Below, in pieces: positions 29,198-38,811 of a stretch of 64,000 nucleotides of DNA (position 1 is its first letter; each line of letters begins with the position of its first letter). The notes under the pieces are model-generated. The model searched no databases and was not told the DNA's origin. It was given only the letters and a program-made list of their open reading frames with translations. The position numbers and the translations under genes are program-made. Source of the stretch: Treponema sp. UBA4267. Lineage in GTDB: Bacteria > Spirochaetota > Spirochaetia > Treponematales > Treponemataceae. The stretch is from the NCBI GenBank assembly GCA_002395155.1, contig DGWD01000034.1, positions 1,529-65,528 of the forward strand. The letters are read 5' to 3'.

Positions 29198-30658
29198 ATG
29201 ATTAACAGTGCTCTTTTTACAGATTTTTATGAATTGACTATGGCCCAGGGCTATTGGAAGGACAATATGAATCAGAAGGTTGTATTCGATATGTTCTTCC
29301 GAAAAAATCCATTTAATGGAGGATTCTCAATTCTTGCAGGAAACGAAACTTTAATGGATATCATTGAAAACTTTCGTTTTAGCGAAGAAGATATTCAGTA
29401 TCTTGCAGACCAGAAAATCTTTGAAGAAGGATTTTTAAATTACTTAAAAGATTTCCATTTTACTGGGGACCTTTACACAATGGATGAAGGAACTGTTATA
29501 TTCCCTCAGGAACCTTTAGTTCGCATTCACGCAAACTTGATTGAAGCTCAGATTTTGGAAGGTCTTGTTCTTAATCATGTAAACTTCCAGTCTTTAATTG
29601 CTACAAAAACAGCCCGCATTTGGCTTGCAAGCAAAAAAGCTCCTATTATGGAATTTGGTTTACGCCGAGCTCAGGGGCCAGATGGTGCTATGTCGGCAAC
29701 AAGAGCTTCTTACATTGGTGGTGCAGCAGGAACTTCAAACACTCTTGCAGGTAAAGAATACGGCATTCCTGTTATGGGAACTATGGCTCATTCTTGGATT
29801 ATGTCTCATTCATCTGAACTGGAAGCCTTCCGTGAATATGCAAAAATCTATCCTACAAACTCTGTATTCCTAATCGATACTTACGATACTTTGAAATCTG
29901 GAATTAAGAATGCAATTATTGCTGGTGGAGAACTGGTTGAAAAAGGCTACAACTTTGGTGTTCGTCTTGATTCTGGTGATATTGATTATTTGACCCGCGA
30001 AGTTCGCAAGGAACTTGATAGAGCTGGTTATCCTCAGGCTAAGATTTCGGTTTCAAATGAATTAACCGAAGAAATTATTTCTACACTTGTTGCTCGTGGA
30101 GCTCCAATTAACTCTTGGGGTGTTGGAACTCACATGGTAACTGGTGGTAATGAATCTTCTTTCACAGGTGTTTATAAACTTGCGGCACGTCATGATAAAG
30201 AAAGCGACAAGATGATTCCTGCAATGAAATTCTCAGATAATCCAGCAAAGACTACAAACCCTGGAATTAAGAATGTGTACCGCCTTTACGATTCAAATGG
30301 AATGGCTTTGGCAGATATTCTGGCTCTTGATGGTGAAACTATTGAAGCTGGAAAAGAATATCGCTTCCATCATCCTATGGTTGATTACCGTCAATTTACA
30401 TGTAAAGCTGCAAAAGTTGAACCTCTTTTGAAAAAACGTATAGAAGACGGAAAAAGAATTACAAAACGTCTGCCAGATAACGAACAACTCAAAATAAGCA
30501 GAACTACTATGCAGAGCCAGCTTGAAACTTTTGATGAATCTTATAAGAGAATATTAAATCCACATATTTATAAAGTTTCACTTACAGAAAAATTAATGGA
30601 ACTGAAAAAGGATTTTATTGAGAAAAATATGTGTAAGGCCACTGGTGGCCGTTGTTAA
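29198..30658 (+). CDS. pncB: Nicotinate phosphoribosyltransferase
   Basis: TDFYELTM, EFGLRRAQG, GTMAHS, LIDTYD, GVRLDSGD, VYKL. Confidence 0.96.
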   Translation: MINSALFTDFYELTMAQGYWKDNMNQKVVFDMFFRKNPFNGGFSILAGNETLMDIIENFRFSEEDIQYLADQKIFEEGFLNYLKDFHFTGDLYTMDEGTVIFPQEPLVRIHANLIEAQILEGLVLNHVNFQSLIATKTARIWLASKKAPIMEFGLRRAQGPDGAMSATRASYIGGAAGTSNTLAGKEYGIPVMGTMAHSWIMSHSSELEAFREYAKIYPTNSVFLIDTYDTLKSGIKNAIIAGGELVEKGYNFGVRLDSGDIDYLTREVRKELDRAGYPQAKISVSNELTEEIISTLVARGAPINSWGVGTHMVTGGNESSFTGVYKLAARHDKESDKMIPAMKFSDNPAKTTNPGIKNVYRLYDSNGMALADILALDGETIEAGKEYRFHHPMVDYRQFTCKAAKVEPLLKKRIEDGKRITKRLPDNEQLKISRTTMQSQLETFDESYKRILNPHIYKVSLTEKLMELKKDFIEKNMCKATGGRC

Positions 30659-30706
30659 ATAGCAAAGCGTTAAAAAAATTGCGAAAGCAATTTTTAGCTT
30701 TACCAC
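30630..30706. repeat. Dispersed two-hairpin element, family B, copy 1 (overlaps the pncB stop)
   Basis: TGTGTAA-[ggcca/tggcc]-GTTGTT..ATAGCAAAGCGTTAAAAAAATTGC-gaaa-GCAATTTTTAGCTTTACCAC; shared with 48187-48273. Confidence 0.85.
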
Positions 30707-30708
30707 AT

Positions 30709-31437
30709 TTAAGGTAAATAAAGCGGCTGTATGTTTTTCATCGAAGCAAACAGCCGCTCTTTTTTTGCTTCATCACCATCTGTTAAAGTTTCAAGTTTAG
30801 CTCTTGCCTCTTTACGGGCAGAATTATCCTGAAAGTTACAGGTGCAGGTATAGCCCGCATATCCTCCCTTCTGAGCTTCTTCAATCAGGCGGGATTCACT
30901 TACATAACACAAGGGACGAATGACCGTAACAGGAAAATTGTCATACTTTAGTTTTGGTGGCATAGATGATAATTCACCCTTGTTCAACATATTCATTAAA
31001 AGAGTTTCAAGCATATCATCCATATGGTGGCCAAGGGCAATTTTGTTGTAGCCGTTTGCAATGGCATAATTCAAAAGCTCAGTGCGGCGCTGAGTAGAAC
31101 ACCACCAGCAGCTCATCTTCTGCCCAGGTTTTACTCGTTCCAAAACATTTACATTAAGCTGCTCAAAGGGAACATTCCACTCGCGGAACTTATCCATAAT
31201 CCCTTCTGGAAAATCTGGTGCAAAATCACTTTTAATAAAAAGAGCTTTATACTCAAAACTTGTATCAAGATTCCCTGAACGCACAGGCCTTTTTGCCCTA
31301 TCAGAAAAATATTTTATAAGGGCTGTAGAATCTTTTCCGCCACTAGCTCCAATAAGAATGCGGTCACCTTTTTCTATCAGATTGTAGTCAAAAACTGCTT
31401 TATCGATGAGACTTGAAAGTTTGGGAGGCTTTTTCAT
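30709..31437 (-). CDS. ttcA: tRNA 2-thiocytidine biosynthesis protein (PP-loop ATPase)
   Basis: SGGKDS, CWWC, ALGHHMDD, IRPL, C-terminal CTC. Confidence 0.85.
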   Translation of the reverse strand: MKKPPKLSSLIDKAVFDYNLIEKGDRILIGASGGKDSTALIKYFSDRAKRPVRSGNLDTSFEYKALFIKSDFAPDFPEGIMDKFREWNVPFEQLNVNVLERVKPGQKMSCWWCSTQRRTELLNYAIANGYNKIALGHHMDDMLETLLMNMLNKGELSSMPPKLKYDNFPVTVIRPLCYVSESRLIEEAQKGGYAGYTCTCNFQDNSARKEARAKLETLTDGDEAKKERLFASMKNIQPLYLP

Positions 31438-31470
31438 AGGGTTGTATTATAACATAAACTCTGTAGAAGT

Positions 31471-32097
31471 TTATATCTTTTTCAAAATCTGTTTTCCTGC
31501 TTTATAAAAACAAAAACTTAGAATTCCACTTAAAATTTTATCAACAAAGTTTTCCACCAGCCCTGCAAGATTATTTACAAAAAATAAGTTGGGAATTACG
31601 ATATACATTCCCTGAACAACTGTATTTGCACTGGGACGACCTGTATTTGCGGCAAAAACTAAATCAGCAATAATATTACCTAAAATCGCATTTGAAATAG
31701 CAGCCCAAAATCCGGCCCATAGAAAAGCTTCAAAAGAAAAAGATTCATATTTAGGAAAGGATTGTCTTCTATAATAAAAGAACACAAGCCATGCAAAAAC
31801 TGCAGTACAAATATGACAAACAGAAAACAAAATTGAACAGTGGGTAAAAATACTAAGAACTATATTTGATAAAAGGGCACATACAATTGCGGGTATTAAT
31901 CCGCATAAACTTGCCAGACCTATTGTTAGTAAAGAATCAAGATAAAGCGGAAACACAAGGATTTCTGCAAGAACAGACCCTGCATAGTTTACAAAAATGC
32001 AAAACACAGTAGCTAGAAAAATAAAAATCACTCTTATAAAATTAATTTCTTCGTATGAGAAAATACCGAATAATTCTTGTTGTAAATCTGCTTTCAT
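31471..32097 (-). CDS. Integral membrane protein, ECF S-component-like
   Basis: Six hydrophobic segments; PLYLDS and DKILS motifs; adjacent to the response regulator gene. Confidence 0.6.
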   Translation of the reverse strand: MKADLQQELFGIFSYEEINFIRVIFIFLATVFCIFVNYAGSVLAEILVFPLYLDSLLTIGLASLCGLIPAIVCALLSNIVLSIFTHCSILFSVCHICTAVFAWLVFFYYRRQSFPKYESFSFEAFLWAGFWAAISNAILGNIIADLVFAANTGRPSANTVVQGMYIVIPNLFFVNNLAGLVENFVDKILSGILSFCFYKAGKQILKKI

Positions 32098-32099
32098 AA

Positions 32100-32783
32100 T
32101 TAAATTATTACTCCAAGTTTTCTAGAGGCACGTAAAAGTTCAAGTCTATCTTTTATACCAAGTTTTTGATATATGATTGACTTCTGATTGATTACAGTTT
32201 TTTCAGATTTTCCTAAAAGTTTTGCAATTTCGCTGGTACTTTTTTCTTGGGCCAAAAGAAGAAAAACCTCCTGCTCTTTTGGAGTAAAGGTTTTATAGTT
32301 TTCAAAAAGTTCCTGAACGCGAAGTTCTTCATAATCTGTATTAGAACCCTTGTTTTTTGAAATTAAAGATTGCATCACTTCTTTTGCAGCTTTGTTGTAA
32401 TACATACTTCCATCAGAAACGAACTCAATTGCTTTTTCAATTTCTCGAACTTCACAGTCTTTTGTAATATACCCCTGAATGTTTTTCTTTAAGGCCGCTT
32501 CAATATGAAGCATATCTGAATACATTGTGTAAATGATTATGTTTAACTGTGGAACAATTTTTCTAAAATCGTCAATAAAATTCAGACCGCTTTCACCATT
32601 AATATTTATGTCTAAGATGGCGTTTTTTATATCACTATTATTATTGAGAATTTCTACTGCTTCTTCTTTGGTAGAGGCATTGTAAAATTTAAGATTCTGG
32701 TTTTCCTTGCTTAAAAGAAAACTAATTCCATCGCGTAAGCCGGAGTGATCATCAACGAACAATATTTTTAATTGTAATTGCAA
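32100..32783 (-). CDS. NarL/LuxR-family response regulator
   Basis: VDDH, ILDINI, YTM, GYITK; C-terminal TPKEQEVF..STSEIAKLLGKSEKTV. Confidence 0.95.
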   Translation of the reverse strand: MQLQLKILFVDDHSGLRDGISFLLSKENQNLKFYNASTKEEAVEILNNNSDIKNAILDININGESGLNFIDDFRKIVPQLNIIIYTMYSDMLHIEAALKKNIQGYITKDCEVREIEKAIEFVSDGSMYYNKAAKEVMQSLISKNKGSNTDYEELRVQELFENYKTFTPKEQEVFLLLAQEKSTSEIAKLLGKSEKTVINQKSIIYQKLGIKDRLELLRASRKLGVII

Positions 32784-33777
32784 TTGTGGTTCCTCCCTTT
32801 CCAGAAATTTCTACAGTACCACCAAGTTTTTCAACTCTGGAACGGATATTTACCAGGCCATAATGATTTTTTTCATCAACCTTTTTTGTTGTAATTTCTA
32901 CTTCAGAAAAGCCCAGTCCATTATCTTCAATAATAAAACGGATAAATGAACCAATATCAGTAATTTTTAATGTAAGGACAGTAGCCTTTGAATGTTTAAA
33001 ACAGTTGCTCAAAGCTTCCTGCAGAATTTTAAGTAACTCCATTTGAGTGTCAGCAGAAAGTCCTTTAATAAGTTTGGAGGCACACAAGAATTCGGTTTTA
33101 ATTCCAAAGTTTACCTCAAATGATTTTAAGTTTTGCTGAATAATTTCTTCAAAGTTTTGATTAAAGTCCAAATGGGTAGAATCAATCATATATCGAACTT
33201 CTTTAAATGCCTGTTCTGAATAATAAACAGCTTTTTCCTTTTCATCATTCTGTATAAAAAGTTTTAAGGCGGCCAGATCTTGGGCTACTCCATCATGCAA
33301 ATCCTGACTAAATTTTAGTTTTGCTCTATTAAGACTCTGTATTCGTAAAAGTTCATTTTTTTTGCTTAAAGTTTTATACAAAACAAGAACACTGGAAATC
33401 AAAAGTAGAAAAAATGAAGAGATAAAAAGACAGTCATAACCAAAGTTAATGGATTTTTGATTAAGACGAATTAAATTTACAAGACGAAAAACTTCTTCAA
33501 AACTGTTCTCGGTTTCATTTTCTAATTCACTAAAAATTTTAGAAACAACATTAAACTGGTTTTCAATTTCTTCACTATAGTATGTAAATGGTGCAAGTTG
33601 CTTTTTAAGTGAAACAAGCTTTTCATCCTTATTCTCTATAATAAGACTATTAATAATAGAAATTATTTCATCATATTTTTTTTGTGACTCTATTTTCAAA
33701 TAAACTGTAAAGACAAAAATCAAAAGAGAAAGAGAAATAAGAATATATTCGATTTTGAAAACATTTTTAATTTTCAT
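32752..33777 (-). CDS. HisKA_3 sensor histidine kinase
   Basis: Two TM segments; QDLHDGVAQDL, QEALSN..KHS, DNGLGF, GLVNIRSR, GGT. Confidence 0.95.
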   Translation of the reverse strand: MKIKNVFKIEYILISLSLLIFVFTVYLKIESQKKYDEIISIINSLIIENKDEKLVSLKKQLAPFTYYSEEIENQFNVVSKIFSELENETENSFEEVFRLVNLIRLNQKSINFGYDCLFISSFFLLLISSVLVLYKTLSKKNELLRIQSLNRAKLKFSQDLHDGVAQDLAALKLFIQNDEKEKAVYYSEQAFKEVRYMIDSTHLDFNQNFEEIIQQNLKSFEVNFGIKTEFLCASKLIKGLSADTQMELLKILQEALSNCFKHSKATVLTLKITDIGSFIRFIIEDNGLGFSEVEITTKKVDEKNHYGLVNIRSRVEKLGGTVEISGKGGTTIAITIKNIVR

Positions 33778-33809
33778 AAGATCATTATAGCATACTTCAT
33801 CTTTTACGT

Positions 33810-33826
33810 TCGGGAACTTTTCCCGA
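33810..33826. promoter_or_regulatory. Palindromic operator candidate
   Basis: TCGGGAA-ctt-TTCCCGA, GC-rich in an AT-rich divergent intergenic region. Confidence 0.55.
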
Positions 33827-33939
33827 GTGTATATAGGATTTCAAACTCAAGACAATTACTTAAAAATCTATATATTGTGTAAGCAAGTATAAAAGCAAGA
33901 AAGAGTTTTTAATTAAAAATATTCACACAAGGTATTATA

Positions 33940-35478
33940 ATGAAACGTTTTTTAATTGTAATTTCTTTTTTATCTCTCTGTTTCCTTTGTTCCGCAGAAG
34001 ATAATTCCTCAATTCCACGATATAAGGGCTTTGCCGCAGGTGGAGACATTCTCAGTCAATTTGCAATTGGTGATTACTCAAAATTTGCAATAATGAATCT
34101 TGGAGCATCTCTTACCGGAGAATATACAATTCCACTTGAGCTTCCAAAGAATATGGATTTAGGGTTGGCGGTTCGTGCAGACTTTGCCCATGTTTTTGTA
34201 AAATCTGGACAGAAATTAAAATCTGATGAAGAAATCCGTGCATTTGGTGCAGCCTGGCTTCGCATTCCTTTTATTTTAGGAAATCAGTTTTTTGCTTTTC
34301 AACCGGAGATTGGAGGCGGCCTTTCTGTATTCCTTTCAAATTACGAGAGTGGAGGACAGATAAAAAGCGGAACGTATCTTTCTCCTCTTATAAGTATTGC
34401 TCCTTCTTTCCGCTGGATTCCACCAAAAGTCCAGCAGCTCGAAGTAGAAGCCTCTCCACTCTTTACACTTGTTCCAGAAAATTCAAAAGCTACAACATTG
34501 CTTGGCTTAAGGTTGGGCGCAATCTGGCACTTCCAGATGAAAAACGATAACAGTGCAGAAGAAAAGAAAAAGGCTAAGCTTGAAAAGGCAGAAGAGAAAC
34601 GTCAGAAAAAAGAAGCTGGACGTCTGGAAGCAGAAGAAAAACGAAGAAAAGAGGAAGAAGAACGTCTGGCTGCTGAAGAAAAACGTCGCGAACAAGAAGA
34701 AGAGGAACGCCTCAAAGAAGAAAGACGAAGACGAGAAGAAGAAGCCGAACGTGCTCGCCTCGCAGAAGAAGAAAAACGCCGCGCCGAAGAGGAAGCTGAA
34801 AAAGCTCGCCTTGAAGAAGCTGAACGCAAACGCAAGGCTGAAGAAGAGGCTGAAAAAGCACGCCTCGCAGAAGAAGAAAAACGCCGCGCCGAAGAAGAAG
34901 CTGAGCGTGCACGTCTGGAAGAAGATGAACGCAAACGTAAGGCTGAAGAAGAGCGCAGACTTGCAGAAGAAGCCGAATCTGAAGAAATAGCAGAGAAAGA
35001 GCCTGAAACAGAAGAAATTATAGAAGCTGAACCTGAGCCGGAAAGCCCATTAGAGCCTGCCCAGCCGAAAATCATTACAGAGCGTCTTGTTCTCAAACGT
35101 ATTCTCTACTTCAGCAAGAATGGTGCCGTATTTACAGGCCTCAGCCGCGAACAGATTCGCCAAAACGAAAAGACAATTGATGAAGCCGTAGAACTCATCA
35201 AAAAACATCCGGAATGCACAGTATTAATAGAAGGTTATGCAAACAACATCAGCGGAAGCGAAGAAGAAGACCGCACAGCCTGTATGCCACTTTCACTGTG
35301 GCGTGCAGAATACATAAAGAAAGAACTCAAAAAACGCGGAATTGATGAAGATAAAATTGAAACTGTAGGAAAAGGCGGAGCAAATCCTCTTGCAGACAAA
35401 GCAGACCGCAACAACTGGTGGAAGAACCGCCGCGTAGAATTCTTAATCACATACGAAAGCGAGGTTGAAAATGAATAG
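33940..35478 (+). CDS. OmpA-family protein: N-terminal beta-barrel, long E/K/R/A helix, OmpA-like peptidoglycan-binding domain
   Basis: Signal peptide; barrel ending LGLRLGAIWHF; repeated EEEAEKARLAEEEKRRA; IEGYAN, LSLWRA, NRRVEF. Confidence 0.88.
   Translation: MKRFLIVISFLSLCFLCSAEDNSSIPRYKGFAAGGDILSQFAIGDYSKFAIMNLGASLTGEYTIPLELPKNMDLGLAVRADFAHVFVKSGQKLKSDEEIRAFGAAWLRIPFILGNQFFAFQPEIGGGLSVFLSNYESGGQIKSGTYLSPLISIAPSFRWIPPKVQQLEVEASPLFTLVPENSKATTLLGLRLGAIWHFQMKNDNSAEEKKKAKLEKAEEKRQKKEAGRLEAEEKRRKEEEERLAAEEKRREQEEEERLKEERRRREEEAERARLAEEEKRRAEEEAEKARLEEAERKRKAEEEAEKARLAEEEKRRAEEEAERARLEEDERKRKAEEERRLAEEAESEEIAEKEPETEEIIEAEPEPESPLEPAQPKIITERLVLKRILYFSKNGAVFTGLSREQIRQNEKTIDEAVELIKKHPECTVLIEGYANNISGSEEEDRTACMPLSLWRAEYIKKELKKRGIDEDKIETVGKGGANPLADKADRNNWWKNRRVEFLITYESEVENE
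34725..34975 (+). repeat. Coding tandem repeats in the OmpA charged linker
   Basis: cgcctcgcagaagaagaaaaacgccgcgccgaaga occurs twice; gaacgcaaacgYaaggctgaagaaga occurs twice. Confidence 0.85.
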
Positions 35479-37051
35479 AAGAAATCACCATCTCTTAAAA
35501 ACAGGAATAAAACTCTTTGCAACTCTCTTTATCATATTTGTAGCAATAGAGTTTACAGCATGTTCAAATCATATTATGGATATTACAGAAGCTCTTCCGC
35601 AAGTGGAAGAATCAAAGGAGTCAAATAATAAAGATAGTGAAAAAACTACAGAAAATGGTGGTGGTACTGCAAGTGGAGGCGGCACAACAAGTGGCACTCC
35701 AGCCGAAGGTGGCGGGGGTACAACAAATGGAGGCGGTTCAAGCGGCGGATCTAATGGAGGCTCAAACGGTGGGGAAACGCCACCTCCTTCTACACCTACC
35801 CCAGGTGCAGCTACATACAATATTACAGTTGCAAGTGGAATTGAAAATGGAAGCATAAGCGTAAGCAAAACCACAGCAGCTGCGGGTGAAACTATTTCAA
35901 TTACAGTTAATCCAGCTTCTGGTTATGAACTTGAAACAATTACAGTAAGAGATTCAAGCGGAACCTCCCTTACAGTTACAAACAACACTTTTGTAATGCC
36001 AGAAAGTAATGTAAGTGTAAATGCATCGTTTAGAGTTACTGTAACTTACTATAACATAAGTATTGAAAGTGGTATTCCACACGGAACAATAACTGTAGAT
36101 AAAACTACAGCAACTGCGGGTGAAACCGTCACAATTACAGCAACTCCTGATAATGGATACGATATGGCATTTTTTTATCTAAGTAAGTTACCTTTTACCG
36201 CATCAAGCCGGCAAAAAATCATAGGCTACTCTTTCATAATGCCATCTTACGACGTATCAATATCTACACAGTTTCTTCCAGCTACAATATCACTTAAGGA
36301 AGGAGGTAATTTTAGAACTAATACAACTATCACAATAGGTTATGAATCAATGACAAAATTCTTACATAGTACGACACCTCCAGAAACAGGAACTTATTTT
36401 TATAACATAGCTTCAGATGAATGTATGCCATGCTATATATGGAAAGAAGGATCCACGTTATATTATTACGCGAAAGGCTATACAGACACATATCCACCTG
36501 TAAAAAAAATATTACTAAAAAATGGATATAATTTTTCTGGATTTTGGGCTGTTACTGAAATTGATCTTGAATACTTTGATACTTCGAATGTTACTAGCAT
36601 GTCTTCTATGTTTAGTGGGTGCCATAAACTTACATCATTAAATCTTGAGAATTTCGATACTTCAAATGTAACTGACATGAGTTATATGTTCTATGATTGC
36701 TGTGACCTTACATCATTAAATCTTGAGAATTTCGATACTTCAAATGTAACTAATATGAGTTATATGTTCTCTGATTGCTATAAACTTACATCATTAAATC
36801 TTGAGAATTTCGATACTTCAAATGTTACTAATATGAAAGAAATGTTTTATTATAATTACACACTTCAAACTATAACAGTATCATCAAGATTTGTATTAAC
36901 AAATGTCATAAGATCCAATGATATGTTTTATCGTTGTTACGAATTAGTAGGTGGAAGTGGAACTAAATGGAATAGTTCACATTTGAATATAGAATACGCC
37001 CGTGTAGACAATCCACCAGATGCGCCAGGATATTTCACACTTAAACAGTAA
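35465..37051 (+). CDS. Surface lipoprotein with Gly-rich linker, two InlB-B/Flg_new-like repeats and BspA/DUF285 leucine-rich repeats
   Basis: Lipobox FTAC; AAAGETISITVNPASGY and ATAGETVTITATPDNGY; 26-aa repeats LTSLNLENFDTSNVTxMxxMF; C-terminal PGYFT. Confidence 0.88.
   Translation: MKMNRRNHHLLKTGIKLFATLFIIFVAIEFTACSNHIMDITEALPQVEESKESNNKDSEKTTENGGGTASGGGTTSGTPAEGGGGTTNGGGSSGGSNGGSNGGETPPPSTPTPGAATYNITVASGIENGSISVSKTTAAAGETISITVNPASGYELETITVRDSSGTSLTVTNNTFVMPESNVSVNASFRVTVTYYNISIESGIPHGTITVDKTTATAGETVTITATPDNGYDMAFFYLSKLPFTASSRQKIIGYSFIMPSYDVSISTQFLPATISLKEGGNFRTNTTITIGYESMTKFLHSTTPPETGTYFYNIASDECMPCYIWKEGSTLYYYAKGYTDTYPPVKKILLKNGYNFSGFWAVTEIDLEYFDTSNVTSMSSMFSGCHKLTSLNLENFDTSNVTDMSYMFYDCCDLTSLNLENFDTSNVTNMSYMFSDCYKLTSLNLENFDTSNVTNMKEMFYYNYTLQTITVSSRFVLTNVIRSNDMFYRCYELVGGSGTKWNSSHLNIEYARVDNPPDAPGYFTLKQ
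36629..36825 (+). repeat. 78-bp-period coding repeat with a perfectly conserved 41-bp block
   Basis: cttacatcattaaatcttgagaatttcgatacttcaaatgt at 36629, 36707 and 36785. Confidence 0.95.
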
Positions 37052-37093
37052 AGAATGCAGATGATGCTTCAGAATCATTAAGGAGACACTAAA

Positions 37094-37654
37094 TTGAACG
37101 AGAAATCATGGACTAAACAAATCTGTAATATATTAAACGAGGAATTTACTAATAAAAAAATGAATCTCCATGCAGAAACTTTAAAAAAGCTTCCATATGA
37201 AAAAACACTTTATTCTTTTAATCAGAATTGGAAAGCAAATTATTCTAAAGAAATAAATTATGAAACAGATTTATTTATATATGAAATAAAAAATAATTTA
37301 ATAATTCCACGTATAGTAATTGAAGCAAAATTCAAAAATATAACGACACATGATGCCATAACTTATAATTTCAAAGCTAAAGAGCATAAAAATATTATAC
37401 CCTTTCTTAGATATGGAATTATGATAGGTAATAATAAAGAAAAGACTTTATCATGGAAAATATTCAATCATGGGGAAAATTTTGATTTTATGTATAGTTT
37501 CAAAAAACAAAGTCCAGATTCATCTGAACGTAAAGAATTTCTTGAAATAATTTATAACGAAATAAAATATAGCAAAGAATATGAGACAATTATACAAAGC
37601 AGAGGAAAAAAATCAGGTATTCATTTATTTGAAAAAAGTTTGAAAATTAAATAA
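37094..37654 (+). CDS. Hypothetical protein, putative PD-(D/E)XK nuclease fold
   Basis: AAGGAG RBS and TTG start; ETDLFI...IVIEAK motif; very low GC. Confidence 0.55.
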   Translation: MNEKSWTKQICNILNEEFTNKKMNLHAETLKKLPYEKTLYSFNQNWKANYSKEINYETDLFIYEIKNNLIIPRIVIEAKFKNITTHDAITYNFKAKEHKNIIPFLRYGIMIGNNKEKTLSWKIFNHGENFDFMYSFKKQSPDSSERKEFLEIIYNEIKYSKEYETIIQSRGKKSGIHLFEKSLKIK

Positions 37655-37659
37655 AACTT

Positions 37660-37782
37660 TTAAACGCATTTTACAATCGCAGTAAAAAACTCTGCACTCC
37701 ACAAATCCAGTTTACGTTCGTCCTGAATAAAGGGGCGAACGTCTTTTTTTGCGGCTTCAAAATCAATTTCTTTGAAATGTTC
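37660..37782 (-). pseudogene. C-terminal remnant of an AbiEii-like nucleotidyltransferase toxin
   Basis: Manual translation EHFKEIDFEAAKKDVRPFIQDERKLDLWSAEFFTAIVKCV* resembles the IDFxxAKxDVxPFI...LDxWS C-terminus of that family; no start codon. Confidence 0.6.
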
Positions 37783-37794
37783 GCTATTGACTGT

Positions 37795-38811
37795 TTATTT
37801 ATCAACTAACTGTTTTACTTCATTTATTTCCTTTATGAGCTGTTCTGTTGTAGGCAAATAAAAATTATATTCACTTGCATGAATTGTAGAATTATCTTCT
37901 GGGAGAGACATTTTTACTACTGTATCATTTTTTAAAGCACACAGAAGAATGCCTATTGTTTTATTTTCTTCCGGTAGTTTTTCATTACGGTCATAGAAAT
38001 TTACATACATCTGTAGTTGTCCTAAATCTTGATGTGTAAGTTTTCCTGTTTTTATTTCAACAATGACAAAGCATTTCAAAAGGCGATTATAATATACCAT
38101 ATCTATAAAGAATTCATCATCTTCTATCAAAATTTGTTTCTGTCTAGCAACAAAAGAAAATTCTTTACCCATCTCAAGCAAAAAATCTGTTATATGAGAA
38201 ATGATTGCACTTTCAAAATCTTTTTCAAAATACTCAGCTTTTCTTTCTAATTCTAAAAATTCCAAAATCATAGGATCTTTTATTATTTCTTTTGGTGATT
38301 CCGGAATTCGTTCTTTTCTAGCAACTGCCAGAACAGCTTCCTTATTATTACTAAGCAGAAGCCGTTCATACAACTGACTATTTATTTGTCTTTCAGTTTC
38401 TCGTGTAGTCCAGCCATTGTTTACGGATTCTAATTCATAATATTCACGTTTGTCAGGATCTGATATCTGTATTAATCTTCGATATTGACTCCAGTTCAAT
38501 TGCGACCGCAGTGTGGTCGCAATTGGATACAAACAATAAAATTGTCTCGCTCGTTCTAATTGCCGTTTATTAAATCCACTCCCATATTCAGATTCAAGCT
38601 TTTCTGCAAGTTTTTTTATCAGATAGCTTCCATAATCCGCTCTTTCTTTTTTCTGCTGTTCTTCTTCAAAAATTCGTCTTCCCAAACTCCAATACATCTG
38701 TACTCTGCAAAAGTCAACACTCTTTACCGCATTACTGCGTGAAAACTCAATAATTTTCCTCGCATCATCTAAAATATTTAATGATTTGATATGAAGTAAT
38801 TCATTTTTCAT
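37795..38811 (-). CDS. YhcG/DUF1016 PD-(D/E)XK nuclease-domain protein
   Basis: YWSLGRRI, LNWSQY, IKDPMILEFL, FVARQ, IDMVYY..VEIK, GQLQMY; ATG at 38811 preceded by GGGGA. Confidence 0.93.
   Translation of the reverse strand: MKNELLHIKSLNILDDARKIIEFSRSNAVKSVDFCRVQMYWSLGRRIFEEEQQKKERADYGSYLIKKLAEKLESEYGSGFNKRQLERARQFYCLYPIATTLRSQLNWSQYRRLIQISDPDKREYYELESVNNGWTTRETERQINSQLYERLLLSNNKEAVLAVARKERIPESPKEIIKDPMILEFLELERKAEYFEKDFESAIISHITDFLLEMGKEFSFVARQKQILIEDDEFFIDMVYYNRLLKCFVIVEIKTGKLTHQDLGQLQMYVNFYDRNEKLPEENKTIGILLCALKNDTVVKMSLPEDNSTIHASEYNFYLPTTEQLIKEINEVKQLVDK

Noticed and set aside
34507-35096. Alternative-frame ORFs rich in K/R or S/A/R
   Set aside because: Shadows of the low-complexity OmpA linker.
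36629-36825. CRISPR-like 41-bp repeats with 37-bp spacers
   Set aside because: The period is 26 codons in frame within an LRR gene, the spacers resemble each other, and no cas genes are present.
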